From an uncultured bacterium (GTDB lineage Bacteria; Verrucomicrobiota; Verrucomicrobiia; Limisphaerales; UBA8199): 64,000 bases of DNA. The stretch covers positions 448,001 through 512,000 of the forward strand of contig CAVVMW010000014.1 in the NCBI GenBank assembly GCA_963749495.1, written 5' to 3'. A model generated the notes under the pieces. The model was not told the origin of the DNA, did not search any database, and saw only the letters and a list, made by a program, of their open reading frames with translations. Positions within the stretch are counted from its first letter, which is position 1. Each line of letters starts with the position of its first letter. Shown piece by piece: positions 32,296 through 42,009 of the stretch. Position numbers and translations under genes: made by a program.

Positions 32296-32432
32296 AGGTG
32301 GCGGTTGCCCGCCAGGACGCCGACGAAGATCTCGGTTAACGCCACCGAGATGCCCAACCGGATCGAGGTGAGGCTGGCCACCAACGCCAACCCCATCCAG
32401 AGTGCTGCAACAAACCAAATATTCTCAGACAT
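32296..32432 (-). pseudogene. Duplicated 5' fragment of the CPA2 antiporter
   Basis: MSENIWFVAALW...GVLAGN, near-identical to the start at 30243 and interrupted by the MITE. Confidence 0.85.
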
Positions 32433-32462
32433 AACTCCCACCTCGCCACATCCTGTGGCGCT

Positions 32463-32538
32463 GGTAGGAGTCATCAGCACTGAAACCGTTCAGGCGGTTT
32501 TCCCCGAAGCCCTTGAGGGGAAGGCAAACTCCATTGCC
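32463..32538 (-). ncRNA. Fluoride riboswitch, third (duplicated) copy
   Basis: Reads identical by eye to 30274-30349. Confidence 0.88.
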
Positions 32539-32644
32539 GCAGTAATCTTCGCGCCGAATGCCCGCGCTGGCAACTAAAATTGTGCTGGCGTGTGCGCATG
32601 GGGCGCATTCGCGAGTGCTTGGTGCTAAGGTTGGCCGCGCGACC

Positions 32645-32884
32645 ATGAATTATCTCGAACATCTCGAACGGCGGCGCGACCTGTGCGGCGGCGAACTGGT
32701 CGTCAGGGGCACCCGCGTGACGGTGCGCACGTTGCTCGCCAGCCTGTCCGAAGGCGCGAGGCAGGAGGAAATCCTCGCCGACTTCCCGACGGTCCCGGTG
32801 GAAGCGTTGCGCGCGGTCATCGCCTTTGCCGCGGCGTCCGCGGCGGAAGATATGCCCGTATCGCCCTTGCCGGCCGCCGCATGA
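32645..32884 (+). CDS. DUF433-family antitoxin
   Basis: LCGGELVVRGTRVTV...EEILADFP; followed by the truncated DUF5615-type toxin start MKIKLDENLP at 32881. Confidence 0.8.
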   Translation: MNYLEHLERRRDLCGGELVVRGTRVTVRTLLASLSEGARQEEILADFPTVPVEALRAVIAFAAASAAEDMPVSPLPAAA

Positions 32885-33153
32885 AAATCAAGTTGGACGA
32901 GAATCTGCCGGAAGCGTTTCGCAACGAGAACGTGGAATCATGGCGTCCCCGTAGCCGGCGTCCACCTCCGCCTCCACTGGGTACGCTTCGATGCCGTTGA
33001 CGGCCGCCGAGGTGGTCTGTCCTCCCCCAGCGAGGTCTCCATTGATGAAGAGTCTCTGGGCGTGGGACGTGCCGTCCAAGCTCACCGTGGCGTGGAGGGT
33101 CTCTGCGGCCAGAATTTGCTTGCCACTCAGGCTGCGCGAACCGAGGCTTTGGC

Positions 33154-33426
33154 ATGGACAGAGCCAGAGCCTTTGCCGCAAGACCACAACGACCGCCGGC
33201 GAGTGCGGGGGATGTGCAAGAACTCATCCAACAGCACCCCGGCGAGTGGCTGGCGATACACGTCAAGACCGAAACCGGCGGCCGACCAAAGGCAGGCCGG
33301 TTAGTCTGCCACTCGAGAGATCGAGACGCGGTGTGGCGGAAGACAAAAAACCGACGCCGATTGTATATCGTCTATGCCGGGCCACCCCTCCAGGATGGTT
33401 ACGCTGCGGCGTTCTTGACTCTGTGA
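33154..33426 (+). CDS. Small DUF5678-like protein
   Basis: HPGEWLAI...GRLVCHSRDRD; stop overlaps the protease start (GTGA). Confidence 0.5.
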   Translation: MDRARAFAARPQRPPASAGDVQELIQQHPGEWLAIHVKTETGGRPKAGRLVCHSRDRDAVWRKTKNRRRLYIVYAGPPLQDGYAAAFLTL

Positions 33427-33872
33427 AGCTTGACCCCCACGCGGGCCTTATCGTGCTGGAGGTCGAGGTCTTCAGGCGCGCCAAGAGTCGCATCGTGCGG
33501 ATGGCCTTGGATACGGGGGCTACCTACGTGATGGTGCCATTTCATCTCCTGGAGGCGCTGGGCTATGCCCCCCGGAACGCCCGCAGGAAGCTCTCCATCA
33601 CCACAGCCAGCGGCACTAAGACCGCCCCCCTCGTGAACTTAGACAAGCTCAAAGCCATGGGAAGAACCGTCGCGGCGGTTCCAGCCATTTGCCACGACCT
33701 CCCGCGACAAAGCCCGGTGGACGGGCTGCTGGGCCTGTCATTCCTCAAATGGTTTGACGTTGATCTTCACTTTCGAACGCGAACGCTCAGGTTGAGCGGC
33801 CCTTCGAGAAAGCTCGGCTCATCACGCGGTCCCGCGACTCTTTCACCGCCGCATCCGGCAGGCCAACGATGA
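33423..33872 (+). CDS. Retropepsin-like (clan AA) aspartyl protease
   Basis: MALDTGATY, ITTASG, DGLLGLSFL. Confidence 0.82.
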   Translation: MKLDPHAGLIVLEVEVFRRAKSRIVRMALDTGATYVMVPFHLLEALGYAPRNARRKLSITTASGTKTAPLVNLDKLKAMGRTVAAVPAICHDLPRQSPVDGLLGLSFLKWFDVDLHFRTRTLRLSGPSRKLGSSRGPATLSPPHPAGQR

Positions 33873-34538
33873 CAATATTATCTTGTATTCTCCGTATGCC
33901 CGAAGCCGCTGTGTAAGTTACTGCCTTGCAATCCATTACGTCTGGTGAGGTCGTTGGTTTGGCTTTTTCCGGGCCAGAAAAGTCCTCAAATCGGTTGGGT
34001 GAAATGCCCCCAACGCCCAGTTCATCAGTTGGATGGAAGGGCCTGTTCCTGCCAAAGTTCGACATGTGGACGGCACCTCGTGGCCTATCGTCCTCAAAAC
34101 CGTCGTGGCCCTGGGTGGTATCGGCCCCAATGTGCTGCTTATCGGTCCTCCGGGCGCGGGCAAACCGATGCTGGCCAAGCGATTGGCCACGATCCCGCCG
34201 CCGCTCGCGCTCGAGGAGGCCCTCGAGACGAGCAAGATTCACAGCCCTCCCAATTCATGCTGGTGGCGGCGATGAACCCGGCTGCCTTCGGCGAGGCCAG
34301 TTGCATAAACTGCTGAATGCAAGTTGCTGTAACTGAGGTCTATGCCAAGTACTCCGGCTAGGCAACCTCGGTCGCGAGTCTCGGAAAATGAACCGAGCCA
34401 TGGTTTGACCCTGTTCCCGGCGGCTGCCGTGTGCGGTGTGAACCTGCACCGTCCGATGGGTGAGGCCGGCGAGGCCCCGCAGCCCTGTTAGTGCCGGACG
34501 CCGTTGCGGCAGGGGACATCAACTGCCGCTCCCGCGCC

Positions 34539-37500
34539 TCACGGCCATCTGAGGCGATAGAAACGGGCGGGATAATTCGTCCACTGCGGGTCCCAGAAAT
34601 AGGATGAGCCGCTGCTAAGGGTGTTCGTCGCCACCGGATACCAGACGGAATTGGCGAGATTCGTGCTGGCCTCCACCACGACGGTCATGCCGCCGGCCCA
34701 GTTAATGGTGAACCCAAAGCGATTGGTCCTGACACCGAAGCTGGCGAAGGTAACTTGCGGCGGGGACCACAGCGCGGTGGGAAGACCGGCAAACGCCGTG
34801 CCCCATCCCTTGGTCCCAGGCAGGTAATAGACCGTCGCGTTAGTGTCAGAAAGGAACGCAAGACCACTGACACTGGGGGCGCTACCCTCGAAATAGACGC
34901 TGGTGAGGCTGATGCAGCCATCGAACGCCTCGGCTCCGACGTTCGTGACGCTGCTGGGGATCGTGACGGTGGTGAGGCTGAGGCAGTCGTCGAACGCCGC
35001 GTACCCGATGCTGGTGACGCTGCTGGGGATCGTGACGCTGGTAAGGCTGGCGCAGTAGTCGAACGCCTGGACCCCGATGCTAGTGACGCTGTTGGGGATC
35101 GTGACGCTCGCCAGGCTGATGCAGCCCTGGAACGCCTCGGCCCCGATGTTGGTGACGCTGGTTGGGATTGTGACGGTGGTCAGGGTGAGGCAGTCCTCAA
35201 ACGCGCCGGCCCCGATGCCCGTGACCGGCACGAAATTGATCCCGCTGGGCACGGTCACCGCACCGCCGGCACCGGTGTATCCCGTGATCGTGATCGTGCC
35301 GTTGTAGTTCGTGTAAGTGTAGGGCACGGGTGGGTTCCACAGCACCGAATGAAGACCGCCAAACATCGTGCCCCAGCCAGTGGTCCCTGGCAAGTAATAG
35401 ACGGTCGCTTTGCTGTCACCGGAGAACACAGACGAACCAACGCTGGGGGCGTTACCCTGAAAATAGACTCCCGTTAGGTTCGTGCAGTCATAGAACGCCG
35501 AGTCCCCGATGCTGGTGACGCTGTTGGGAATCGTCACGCCGGTCAGGCTGGTGCAGCCAGAGAACGCCCCCTCTCCGATGGTGGTGACGCTGTTGGGGAT
35601 TGTGGCGCTGGTCAGGCTGGTGCAGTCATAGAACGCCGAGTCCCCGATGCTGGTGACGCTGTTGGGGATGGTGACGCTGGTCAGGCTGGCGCAGAATGCA
35701 AACGCGCTGTATCCGATGTTGGTGATGCTGTTCGGGAGCACCACGTTCGTGATGGAGGACTGAGCGAACGCACCTTCTCCAATGCTGGTGACCGGCAGGC
35801 CATTGATCGCGCTCGGAATAATCACCGAACCGCCGGGACTGGTGTATGCTGTGATGGTGACCGCGCCGTTAGTGGTCGCGCAGGCGTAGCCCGGCGGCGC
35901 CGGGAACCACAGGACGGCTGGGAGACCGCCAAACGTCCTCCCCCAGCCAGTGGTCCCTGCCAAGTAATAGACGGTCGCATTGCTGTCACCGGAGAACACA
36001 TACCAACCAACGTTGGGGGCGTTACCCTGAAAATAGACTCCCGTTAGGTTGGTGCAGTCATTGAACGCCGAGTCCCCGATGCTGGTGACGCTGTTGGCGA
36101 TGGTGACGTTGCCCAGGCTGATGCAGCCCTGGAACGTCTCGGCCCCGATGTTGGTGACGCTGTTGGGGATGGTGACGCTGGTCAGACCGCTGCCAGAGAA
36201 CGCCGAGTCCCCGATGTTGGTCACGCTGTTGGGAATCGTCACGCCGGTCAGGCTGGTGCAGCCAGAGAACGCCCCGTCCCCGATGCTCGTGACGCTGTTG
36301 GGGATGCTGACGCTGGTCAGACCGCTGCCAGAGAACGTCGAGTCCCCGATGCTGGCGAGGCCGTTGCCTATCGTGATGCTGGTGAGGAAACTGCACCCGT
36401 CGAATGCGTCCTGCCCGATGCTGGTGACGCTGTTGGGGATGGTGACGCTGGTGAGGGGGCAGTCAGAGAACGCCCAGTCCCCGATGCTGGTGACGCTGTT
36501 GGGGATGGTGATGCTGGTGAGGGCGCAGTCATAGAACGCCGAGTCCCCCATGGTGATCACGCTGTTGGGGACAGTGACGCTGGTCAGGCTGTAGCACTGA
36601 GCAAACGCGTCGTCCCCAATGCTGGTCACGCTGCTGGGAATCGTGTAACTTCCGCGCAAGCCGCCCGGATATTGAATAAGAGCGGTCTGGCTCTTGTCAA
36701 AAAAGACCCCATCCACACCACTAAAGGCGGGGTTGAGTGCATCCACCGTGATCGCCGTCAGTCTGGTGCAGCCATCAAACGCCTGTTTCCCTATGTTCGT
36801 GACGCTGCTGGGGATCGTGACGCTACTCAGACCGCAGCCATAGAACGCCGAGTTCCCGATGCTGGTGACGCTGTTCGGAATGGTCACGCCGGTCAGGCTG
36901 GTACAACCAGAGAACGCCCCCTCTGCGATGGTGGTGACGTTGTTGCCGATCGTGGCGTTGGCCAGGGCGGCGCAGTCAGAGAACGCCGAGGCCCCGATGC
37001 TGGTGACGCTATTAGGGATTGTGACGCTGGTCAGGCTGGTGCAGTCGAAGAATGCCGAGGGCCCGATGTTGGTGACGGTGCCGGGGATCGTGACGCTGGT
37101 CAGTCTGGCGCAATAGAAAAACGCCCCCTCTGCGATGCTGGTGACGCTGTTCGGGATCGTGGCGTTAGTCAGGGCGGTGCAGTCAGAGAACGCCGAGCCC
37201 CCGATGTTGGTGACGCTGCTGGGGAGAGTGACGCTGGTGAGGCTGTAGCACTCATTGAACGCGTTGTCCCCAATGTTGGCAACGTTGTCGGGGATCGTGA
37301 CGCTGGTCAGACCGCTGCCAAAGAACGCCCCGTCCTCGATGGTGGTGACGCTATTGGGGATTGTGACGCTGGTCAGGCTGATGCAACGGTCAAACGCATA
37401 GCCGCCGATGCTGGTGACGCTGTTGGGGATTGTGACGCTGGTCAGGCTGGTGCAGCCGGAGAACGCTTCGTCGCCGATGTTAGTGACGCTGTTCGGAATC

Positions 37501-38162
37501 GTGATGCTGGTCAGCCTGATGCAGCCCTCGAACGCATCGGCCCCGATGTTGGTGACGCTACCTGGGATCGTGAGGCTGGTCAGGCTAGTGCAACCGTTAA
37601 ACGCCCCCTCCTCGATGGTGGTGACTCCGTTGCCGATGGTCGCGTTGGTCAGGCTTGTGCAGGCACCGAACGCATGGTCGCCTATGTTGGTGACGCAGTT
37701 GCCGATCGTGGCGTTGGCCAGGCTGGTGCAGCCAAAGAACGCATAGTCCCCAATGTTGGTGACGGTGTTGGGAACTGTGACGCTGGTCAGGCTGGTGCAG
37801 CCAGAGAACGCCCCCTCTCCGATGCTGGTGACCGGCAGGAAATTGATCGCGCTGGGGATGGTCACCGCTTCGCCGGGGCCAGTGTATCCCGTGATGGTGA
37901 TCGTGCCGTTATTCGTCGTGTAGTCGTATTGGGCCTGCACCACGCCGGGTAGCGCCAACAGCAACAGCAGCGGCAGCAATCTCCTGGCGGAGGCGGTTCT
38001 GAAACGCCTGGGCATAGCCTTCGGGCAAGCGCTCCCCGGAATGGAGGTTTCTGTTTCCATAGTTCGAGAACAAGTTTGAGAGCCCAGGGATTCGCTTATG
38101 ATCACGTACTGGTCATTTGACGCGCTTCCTTGCTTGGGCGAACGGGCGTTTCGCGGGGGCAT
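34539..38162 (-). CDS. BspA-like LRR_5 (TpLRR) secreted/surface protein; true start probably near 38015
   Basis: Many LTSVTIPNSVTSIG..AF..C repeats, signal peptide ending VVQA, C-terminal FGFTI...ASTNL...ARFYRL domain. Confidence 0.93.
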   Translation of the reverse strand: MPPRNARSPKQGSASNDQYVIISESLGSQTCSRTMETETSIPGSACPKAMPRRFRTASARRLLPLLLLLALPGVVQAQYDYTTNNGTITITGYTGPGEAVTIPSAINFLPVTSIGEGAFSGCTSLTSVTVPNTVTNIGDYAFFGCTSLANATIGNCVTNIGDHAFGACTSLTNATIGNGVTTIEEGAFNGCTSLTSLTIPGSVTNIGADAFEGCIRLTSITIPNSVTNIGDEAFSGCTSLTSVTIPNSVTSIGGYAFDRCISLTSVTIPNSVTTIEDGAFFGSGLTSVTIPDNVANIGDNAFNECYSLTSVTLPSSVTNIGGSAFSDCTALTNATIPNSVTSIAEGAFFYCARLTSVTIPGTVTNIGPSAFFDCTSLTSVTIPNSVTSIGASAFSDCAALANATIGNNVTTIAEGAFSGCTSLTGVTIPNSVTSIGNSAFYGCGLSSVTIPSSVTNIGKQAFDGCTRLTAITVDALNPAFSGVDGVFFDKSQTALIQYPGGLRGSYTIPSSVTSIGDDAFAQCYSLTSVTVPNSVITMGDSAFYDCALTSITIPNSVTSIGDWAFSDCPLTSVTIPNSVTSIGQDAFDGCSFLTSITIGNGLASIGDSTFSGSGLTSVSIPNSVTSIGDGAFSGCTSLTGVTIPNSVTNIGDSAFSGSGLTSVTIPNSVTNIGAETFQGCISLGNVTIANSVTSIGDSAFNDCTNLTGVYFQGNAPNVGWYVFSGDSNATVYYLAGTTGWGRTFGGLPAVLWFPAPPGYACATTNGAVTITAYTSPGGSVIIPSAINGLPVTSIGEGAFAQSSITNVVLPNSITNIGYSAFAFCASLTSVTIPNSVTSIGDSAFYDCTSLTSATIPNSVTTIGEGAFSGCTSLTGVTIPNSVTSIGDSAFYDCTNLTGVYFQGNAPSVGSSVFSGDSKATVYYLPGTTGWGTMFGGLHSVLWNPPVPYTYTNYNGTITITGYTGAGGAVTVPSGINFVPVTGIGAGAFEDCLTLTTVTIPTSVTNIGAEAFQGCISLASVTIPNSVTSIGVQAFDYCASLTSVTIPSSVTSIGYAAFDDCLSLTTVTIPSSVTNVGAEAFDGCISLTSVYFEGSAPSVSGLAFLSDTNATVYYLPGTKGWGTAFAGLPTALWSPPQVTFASFGVRTNRFGFTINWAGGMTVVVEASTNLANSVWYPVATNTLSSGSSYFWDPQWTNYPARFYRLRWP

Positions 38163-38339
38163 TTTCTTAATATTTCATCTGGAATCCGGTCCGTGCCCGC
38201 CTGCCCCTGGGGAATAACTGTGTCAAGACGACGGGGCGAGCCTGCTTGAAGGTCAAGCGGAGGCGCCCGCCAGGCATCAAAGCCACCGTGAGGTCTGGCG
38301 TACTACGCGGTCCCTGAAGATGAAGGCGCCTGCCAGGCA

Positions 38340-41207
38340 TCAAGGGAACCGTGGCGTCTGCGTTACGAGGTCCTTGAACGTGAAGGCGGTGCTGTCTTCG
38401 TTGTCCGTGCTGTCGTGGTTGTGTTGGCACGGACCGATTATAGGCAAGCCTGGAAGTGCGGTCAACGAGCAAATAGTCCTGGCCCTTTTTTGGCGGTTTT
38501 CGCCCTGCGGATGGGCGTTGGGTGTGGAGGCGGGTGACTGCTGCGTCCGGCGGTTGGAAGTTGCGCGGCACCGGCGGCGGTTGTCCGGTGGCGCAGGGGC
38601 AAAGAGAGGTGGTCGCGTTTTATTTGGCGGGGTTTGTTTTCCCGGATGACGTGGGGCCGGGGCGCCGGGGAGGTCAACCGCTTCGCCCTGGGGCAGGACC
38701 AACTCGCCTTGGCCTGTGTGTGGCAATTCCAAGGTCAGTTCGCGCCGGCCACGGGCTCCGCGAGAGCGCAGCCGCAGCGCGCCGCGCACGGTGAAGGCAG
38801 CCAGCTCGAGCTCTTGGAGGTCGGCCAGTTGGGGCCGGACCTCGAAACGCTTGAAACCCGGCTCCAAGGGCGCCAACCCCAGCAGTCCGTGGAGGGCGAT
38901 ATACGCGGGCACCACGTCGCAGTGGCTCCACTGTTCGCCGGAGTCGTGGCTGGCATGCCAGTCCTCCTGGAGGGTGTTGTTCTCTTTGACCGAACTCATC
39001 GTGGCCCAACGCTGGCGCAGGTCCGAGACGATGACGTCGGCTCGGCCGCACTTGGCCAGCGCCCATAACCGCCATCCGGCATTGCAGGGATAGGAAAGGC
39101 CCATCTCCGCCGGGCACTCTGCCAGCGAGCGCACCGCGGCGGAGGTTTGGCCTGCGGGGCATTGATCGTAAAGGATCGCCGTGGCCAGGGAGCGGTCGCA
39201 AGTGCGGGGAGTCTTCTCCTCGGAGAGCCAGGGCAGGTTGTTGACGAACAGACCGCGGTCGGCGCTCCAGAAGGCGCGGACGGCAGCCCTCAGGAGTTCC
39301 CGGCCGAACTGGGCGGCAGCTTCGGCTTGGGCGGGCTGTCCGAAGGCGCGACAGAGCGGGGCCAGGGCGTGCTCCATGGCCGCTGCGGCGTAGAGGTTAA
39401 ACGCGCACTGCTTGTGGCGCTGGCGCTGGTAAGCGACGTGGTCCATCCAGACGGAGGGGATGCCGATATTCTCGACCGGGAGCAGTCCGTCCAGACCCGT
39501 GAGCGTTTGAAGAAACCGGGCGAACCGAACCAGGCGCGGGAGGGGCTCCCGCAAGGCATCAAGGTCAGCCGTGTAGCGGTAGTGGTGCCAGCAATCGAAG
39601 GTGAACCCGACTCCGTGGTCGAGGATGGGTCCCCAATTGGTCAGGTCGAGCTGCCGTTCGATCAAACGCGCCAGACGATCATAAGCGGGCCAGCAGTCCA
39701 GGAAATAACCGTCCTTGGTCAGGCCCTGGCTCCAGGTGGTGAGGTAGCGGGCGACGAGCCGCCGTTCGCCCAGGGCCAGGTGGACGGCGTGCAATTGGTG
39801 GCCGCCATCGCCGCTGTACTGCTGGCGCTCGCGCGCCATGCCGTCCACCAGGGTCTCCTGGGCGCAGTTGTTGAGCGTGTTGAGCGAGGCGTCGAACAGG
39901 CGTTGGAGGGCCGGTTCATCACTGCGCAGGACAGGGGTGTTGGGCCAGGGGAAAACCCGCCGCCGGATGTGAACGTCACGGATGAGCACGGGGCCCGCGG
40001 CGCCGTGGATGTGCAGTTGAAGCCAGCGCGCGCTTTCAAAATCAAAAGTCTCGAAGTGGTTCAGGCCGGCCCGGCAAATGAAGCGAGCCCAGGAATCGAA
40101 GTGGGTGTTGAGCAGCGCCGGACCGCCGGGCGCATGCGCCTCGTGGACGAGCAGTTCTATGGTGGTCCCGGCCGGCGCCTGGATGGTAAAGCCCGGCCAG
40201 CCGACGACCTGTTCGGCGAACTCGAAAGTGAGGGCCGTGCCTTGGCGGCCGTCCAATTCGAGCTGCCATTGGCCCGGGGCCACCTCGGTTGCAACCTCCG
40301 CGCGCCCGGCCTCGAAAGCACCGGGGGTCCGAAACTCGAAGTACTCTTGCGGCGTGACTCGCCAGCTCAGGCGATAGGACTCGGCGAGTTTGGCCGCCGG
40401 GACTTCCCATTCACGCAGCATCGGGATGCTCCGTGGACGCAGTTCGGTGTCTGGCGGGCCGTCTCCGGCGTTCAAGAGGTACTCATCGTAGCCGGCTGAA
40501 AGAGCGGGCCTGTTGGGTGACCCGGGCAATGGCATGGCGGCCAGCCAGCGGGGGTCCAGGGGGAAGCCGGGCTTATTCCAATCGTAGGGGTAAAGCCGGG
40601 CATCGAATTCCTCCTGAAGCGCGCGCAAGTACCACCGCTTGTAGTGTCCTGGGGGCCACGCGCGGCAAAGAAAGGACCGCCACGAGGGATCCGAGACCAG
40701 ATGCTCGAGATGGCCATCGGCGTGCTCGAGCTCGAGCCAGAACAGGAAACCCGGCTTGCCGATGGGCCAAGTGCCGTCGCCTGCGCCGTAAAAAAGGACC
40801 GTGGCCCCAAGGACATTGGGGCCTGGCTGGAGGTAATCGCGAAGGTCCAAAGGGTCGGCCTCCGACCACCGGGGATCACTGGGCGCCGGTCCCCACTGCA
40901 CACGCCGGCCATTCACCTCGAGTCGATACCGGCTGTCGGCGCAAATCCACCCCGTGGCCCGGCGGGGTCTGGATCCCAAAGTGAATTCGCGGCGGAACAG
41001 GATGAACGTGTTGGGCAGCGTCCGTCCCGACGGATACCAAATCCAACGCGCGGGCGATAGGTCAGGCAGGCCATGACCGTGTGCCGGAGCGGGGGCTATC
41101 GGGTCGATGGTTTGGCCCCGGCTCTGGACCTCGCCGGAGGCAGGCCTGGCCAACAGCAGGGAACTGCTCGTCAGGGCCGAGGCTTTGAGAAAATCGCGTC
41201 GCTTCAT
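38340..41207 (-). CDS. GH78-like alpha-L-rhamnosidase, Tat-exported; C-terminus beyond about 38650 probably spurious
   Basis: MKRRDFLK, CADSRYRLEVNG, D...RERQQYSGD, PGFKRFEVRPQL. Confidence 0.8.
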   Translation of the reverse strand: MKRRDFLKASALTSSSLLLARPASGEVQSRGQTIDPIAPAPAHGHGLPDLSPARWIWYPSGRTLPNTFILFRREFTLGSRPRRATGWICADSRYRLEVNGRRVQWGPAPSDPRWSEADPLDLRDYLQPGPNVLGATVLFYGAGDGTWPIGKPGFLFWLELEHADGHLEHLVSDPSWRSFLCRAWPPGHYKRWYLRALQEEFDARLYPYDWNKPGFPLDPRWLAAMPLPGSPNRPALSAGYDEYLLNAGDGPPDTELRPRSIPMLREWEVPAAKLAESYRLSWRVTPQEYFEFRTPGAFEAGRAEVATEVAPGQWQLELDGRQGTALTFEFAEQVVGWPGFTIQAPAGTTIELLVHEAHAPGGPALLNTHFDSWARFICRAGLNHFETFDFESARWLQLHIHGAAGPVLIRDVHIRRRVFPWPNTPVLRSDEPALQRLFDASLNTLNNCAQETLVDGMARERQQYSGDGGHQLHAVHLALGERRLVARYLTTWSQGLTKDGYFLDCWPAYDRLARLIERQLDLTNWGPILDHGVGFTFDCWHHYRYTADLDALREPLPRLVRFARFLQTLTGLDGLLPVENIGIPSVWMDHVAYQRQRHKQCAFNLYAAAAMEHALAPLCRAFGQPAQAEAAAQFGRELLRAAVRAFWSADRGLFVNNLPWLSEEKTPRTCDRSLATAILYDQCPAGQTSAAVRSLAECPAEMGLSYPCNAGWRLWALAKCGRADVIVSDLRQRWATMSSVKENNTLQEDWHASHDSGEQWSHCDVVPAYIALHGLLGLAPLEPGFKRFEVRPQLADLQELELAAFTVRGALRLRSRGARGRRELTLELPHTGQGELVLPQGEAVDLPGAPAPRHPGKQTPPNKTRPPLFAPAPPDNRRRCRATSNRRTQQSPASTPNAHPQGENRQKRARTICSLTALPGLPIIGPCQHNHDSTDNEDSTAFTFKDLVTQTPRFP

Positions 41208-41469
41208 TTGGCAGATATAGGCAGACCCGACGGGCGCTGAAAAGCTCGAACCGAAGTCTCTCGCCGCGTGAAGCGTGGCACGAATTCACCCGAAGGCCCC
41301 ATAAGGCACGGGGCGGCGTCAGAGTGCTTTTTGTTGCTGACGGCCGCTCTCACAAACGCCACGGCGCAAACAACACCCTCCAATACCCACACCGACTGGT
41401 TCAGCCAGCCGAAATACGGGGTCTTCATCGCCTCGCTCTGGCTGCACCCAAACTCAACCGGGGCTTGGC

Positions 41470-41720
41470 CGCGGTCAGGCGACCCGGCTCGCGGCGCTCG
41501 GCCCCGGGCCGCTTCGTCAGCGCGTCGCCCAAAGCGGCGCGCGCCTTTTCTGCCTCGGCCTCCAAGCTGCTTCACCCTTTCCGGGTGCAGCGCGGAAACA
41601 TCGGTGGTCTCACCGATGTCGTTGACGAGATCGTAGAGTTCCTCCCTTTCAATCTTGCGACGCGAGTAAGGCGCCGGCACTCCATCCTTGCCGCGGGGTC
41701 TGCCGGCCAGAGCCTGCAAA
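41470..41720 (-). pseudogene. Sulfatase C-terminal fragment
   Basis: ELYDLVNDIGETTDV...HPERVKQL. Confidence 0.6.
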
Positions 41721-42009
41721 CAGCAGATGGGCCGGGCGGCCTTCCACCGGAAGACCGCCCCGGCCCCATCCCTTCTGCTGGAGCAGGAAAAAGCGATAAA
41801 TCCACCTCCCCAAAACCCCGCAGCCCCCTCGCCCCCCTCCCGCAAACATCAAGATAAAACCATCCGTATTAAGCGAGACGCGCTACACCGGGGTCTTGTG
41901 ATCCAGCGACCATGCCGTCCTCGATTGGGTTATTCTCAATCACGCTCCTCATGCTGAAATATAGCCCATGTTACCCTGTCCGTCAGCCATGCTTATGTCC
42001 GATTACCTG

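Larger units (their letters stand above)
32945..34280. pseudogene. comM: Scattered comM/YifB fragments (32945-33010 -, 33823-33876 -, 34129-34280 +)
   Basis: [54 protein letters not shown]...[16 protein letters not shown]. Confidence 0.75.

Noticed and set aside
34539..37900. Regular ~66-69-bp repeats as a CRISPR array
   Set aside because: They are in-frame coding LRR repeats with no constant repeat/unique spacer structure, and no cas genes are present.
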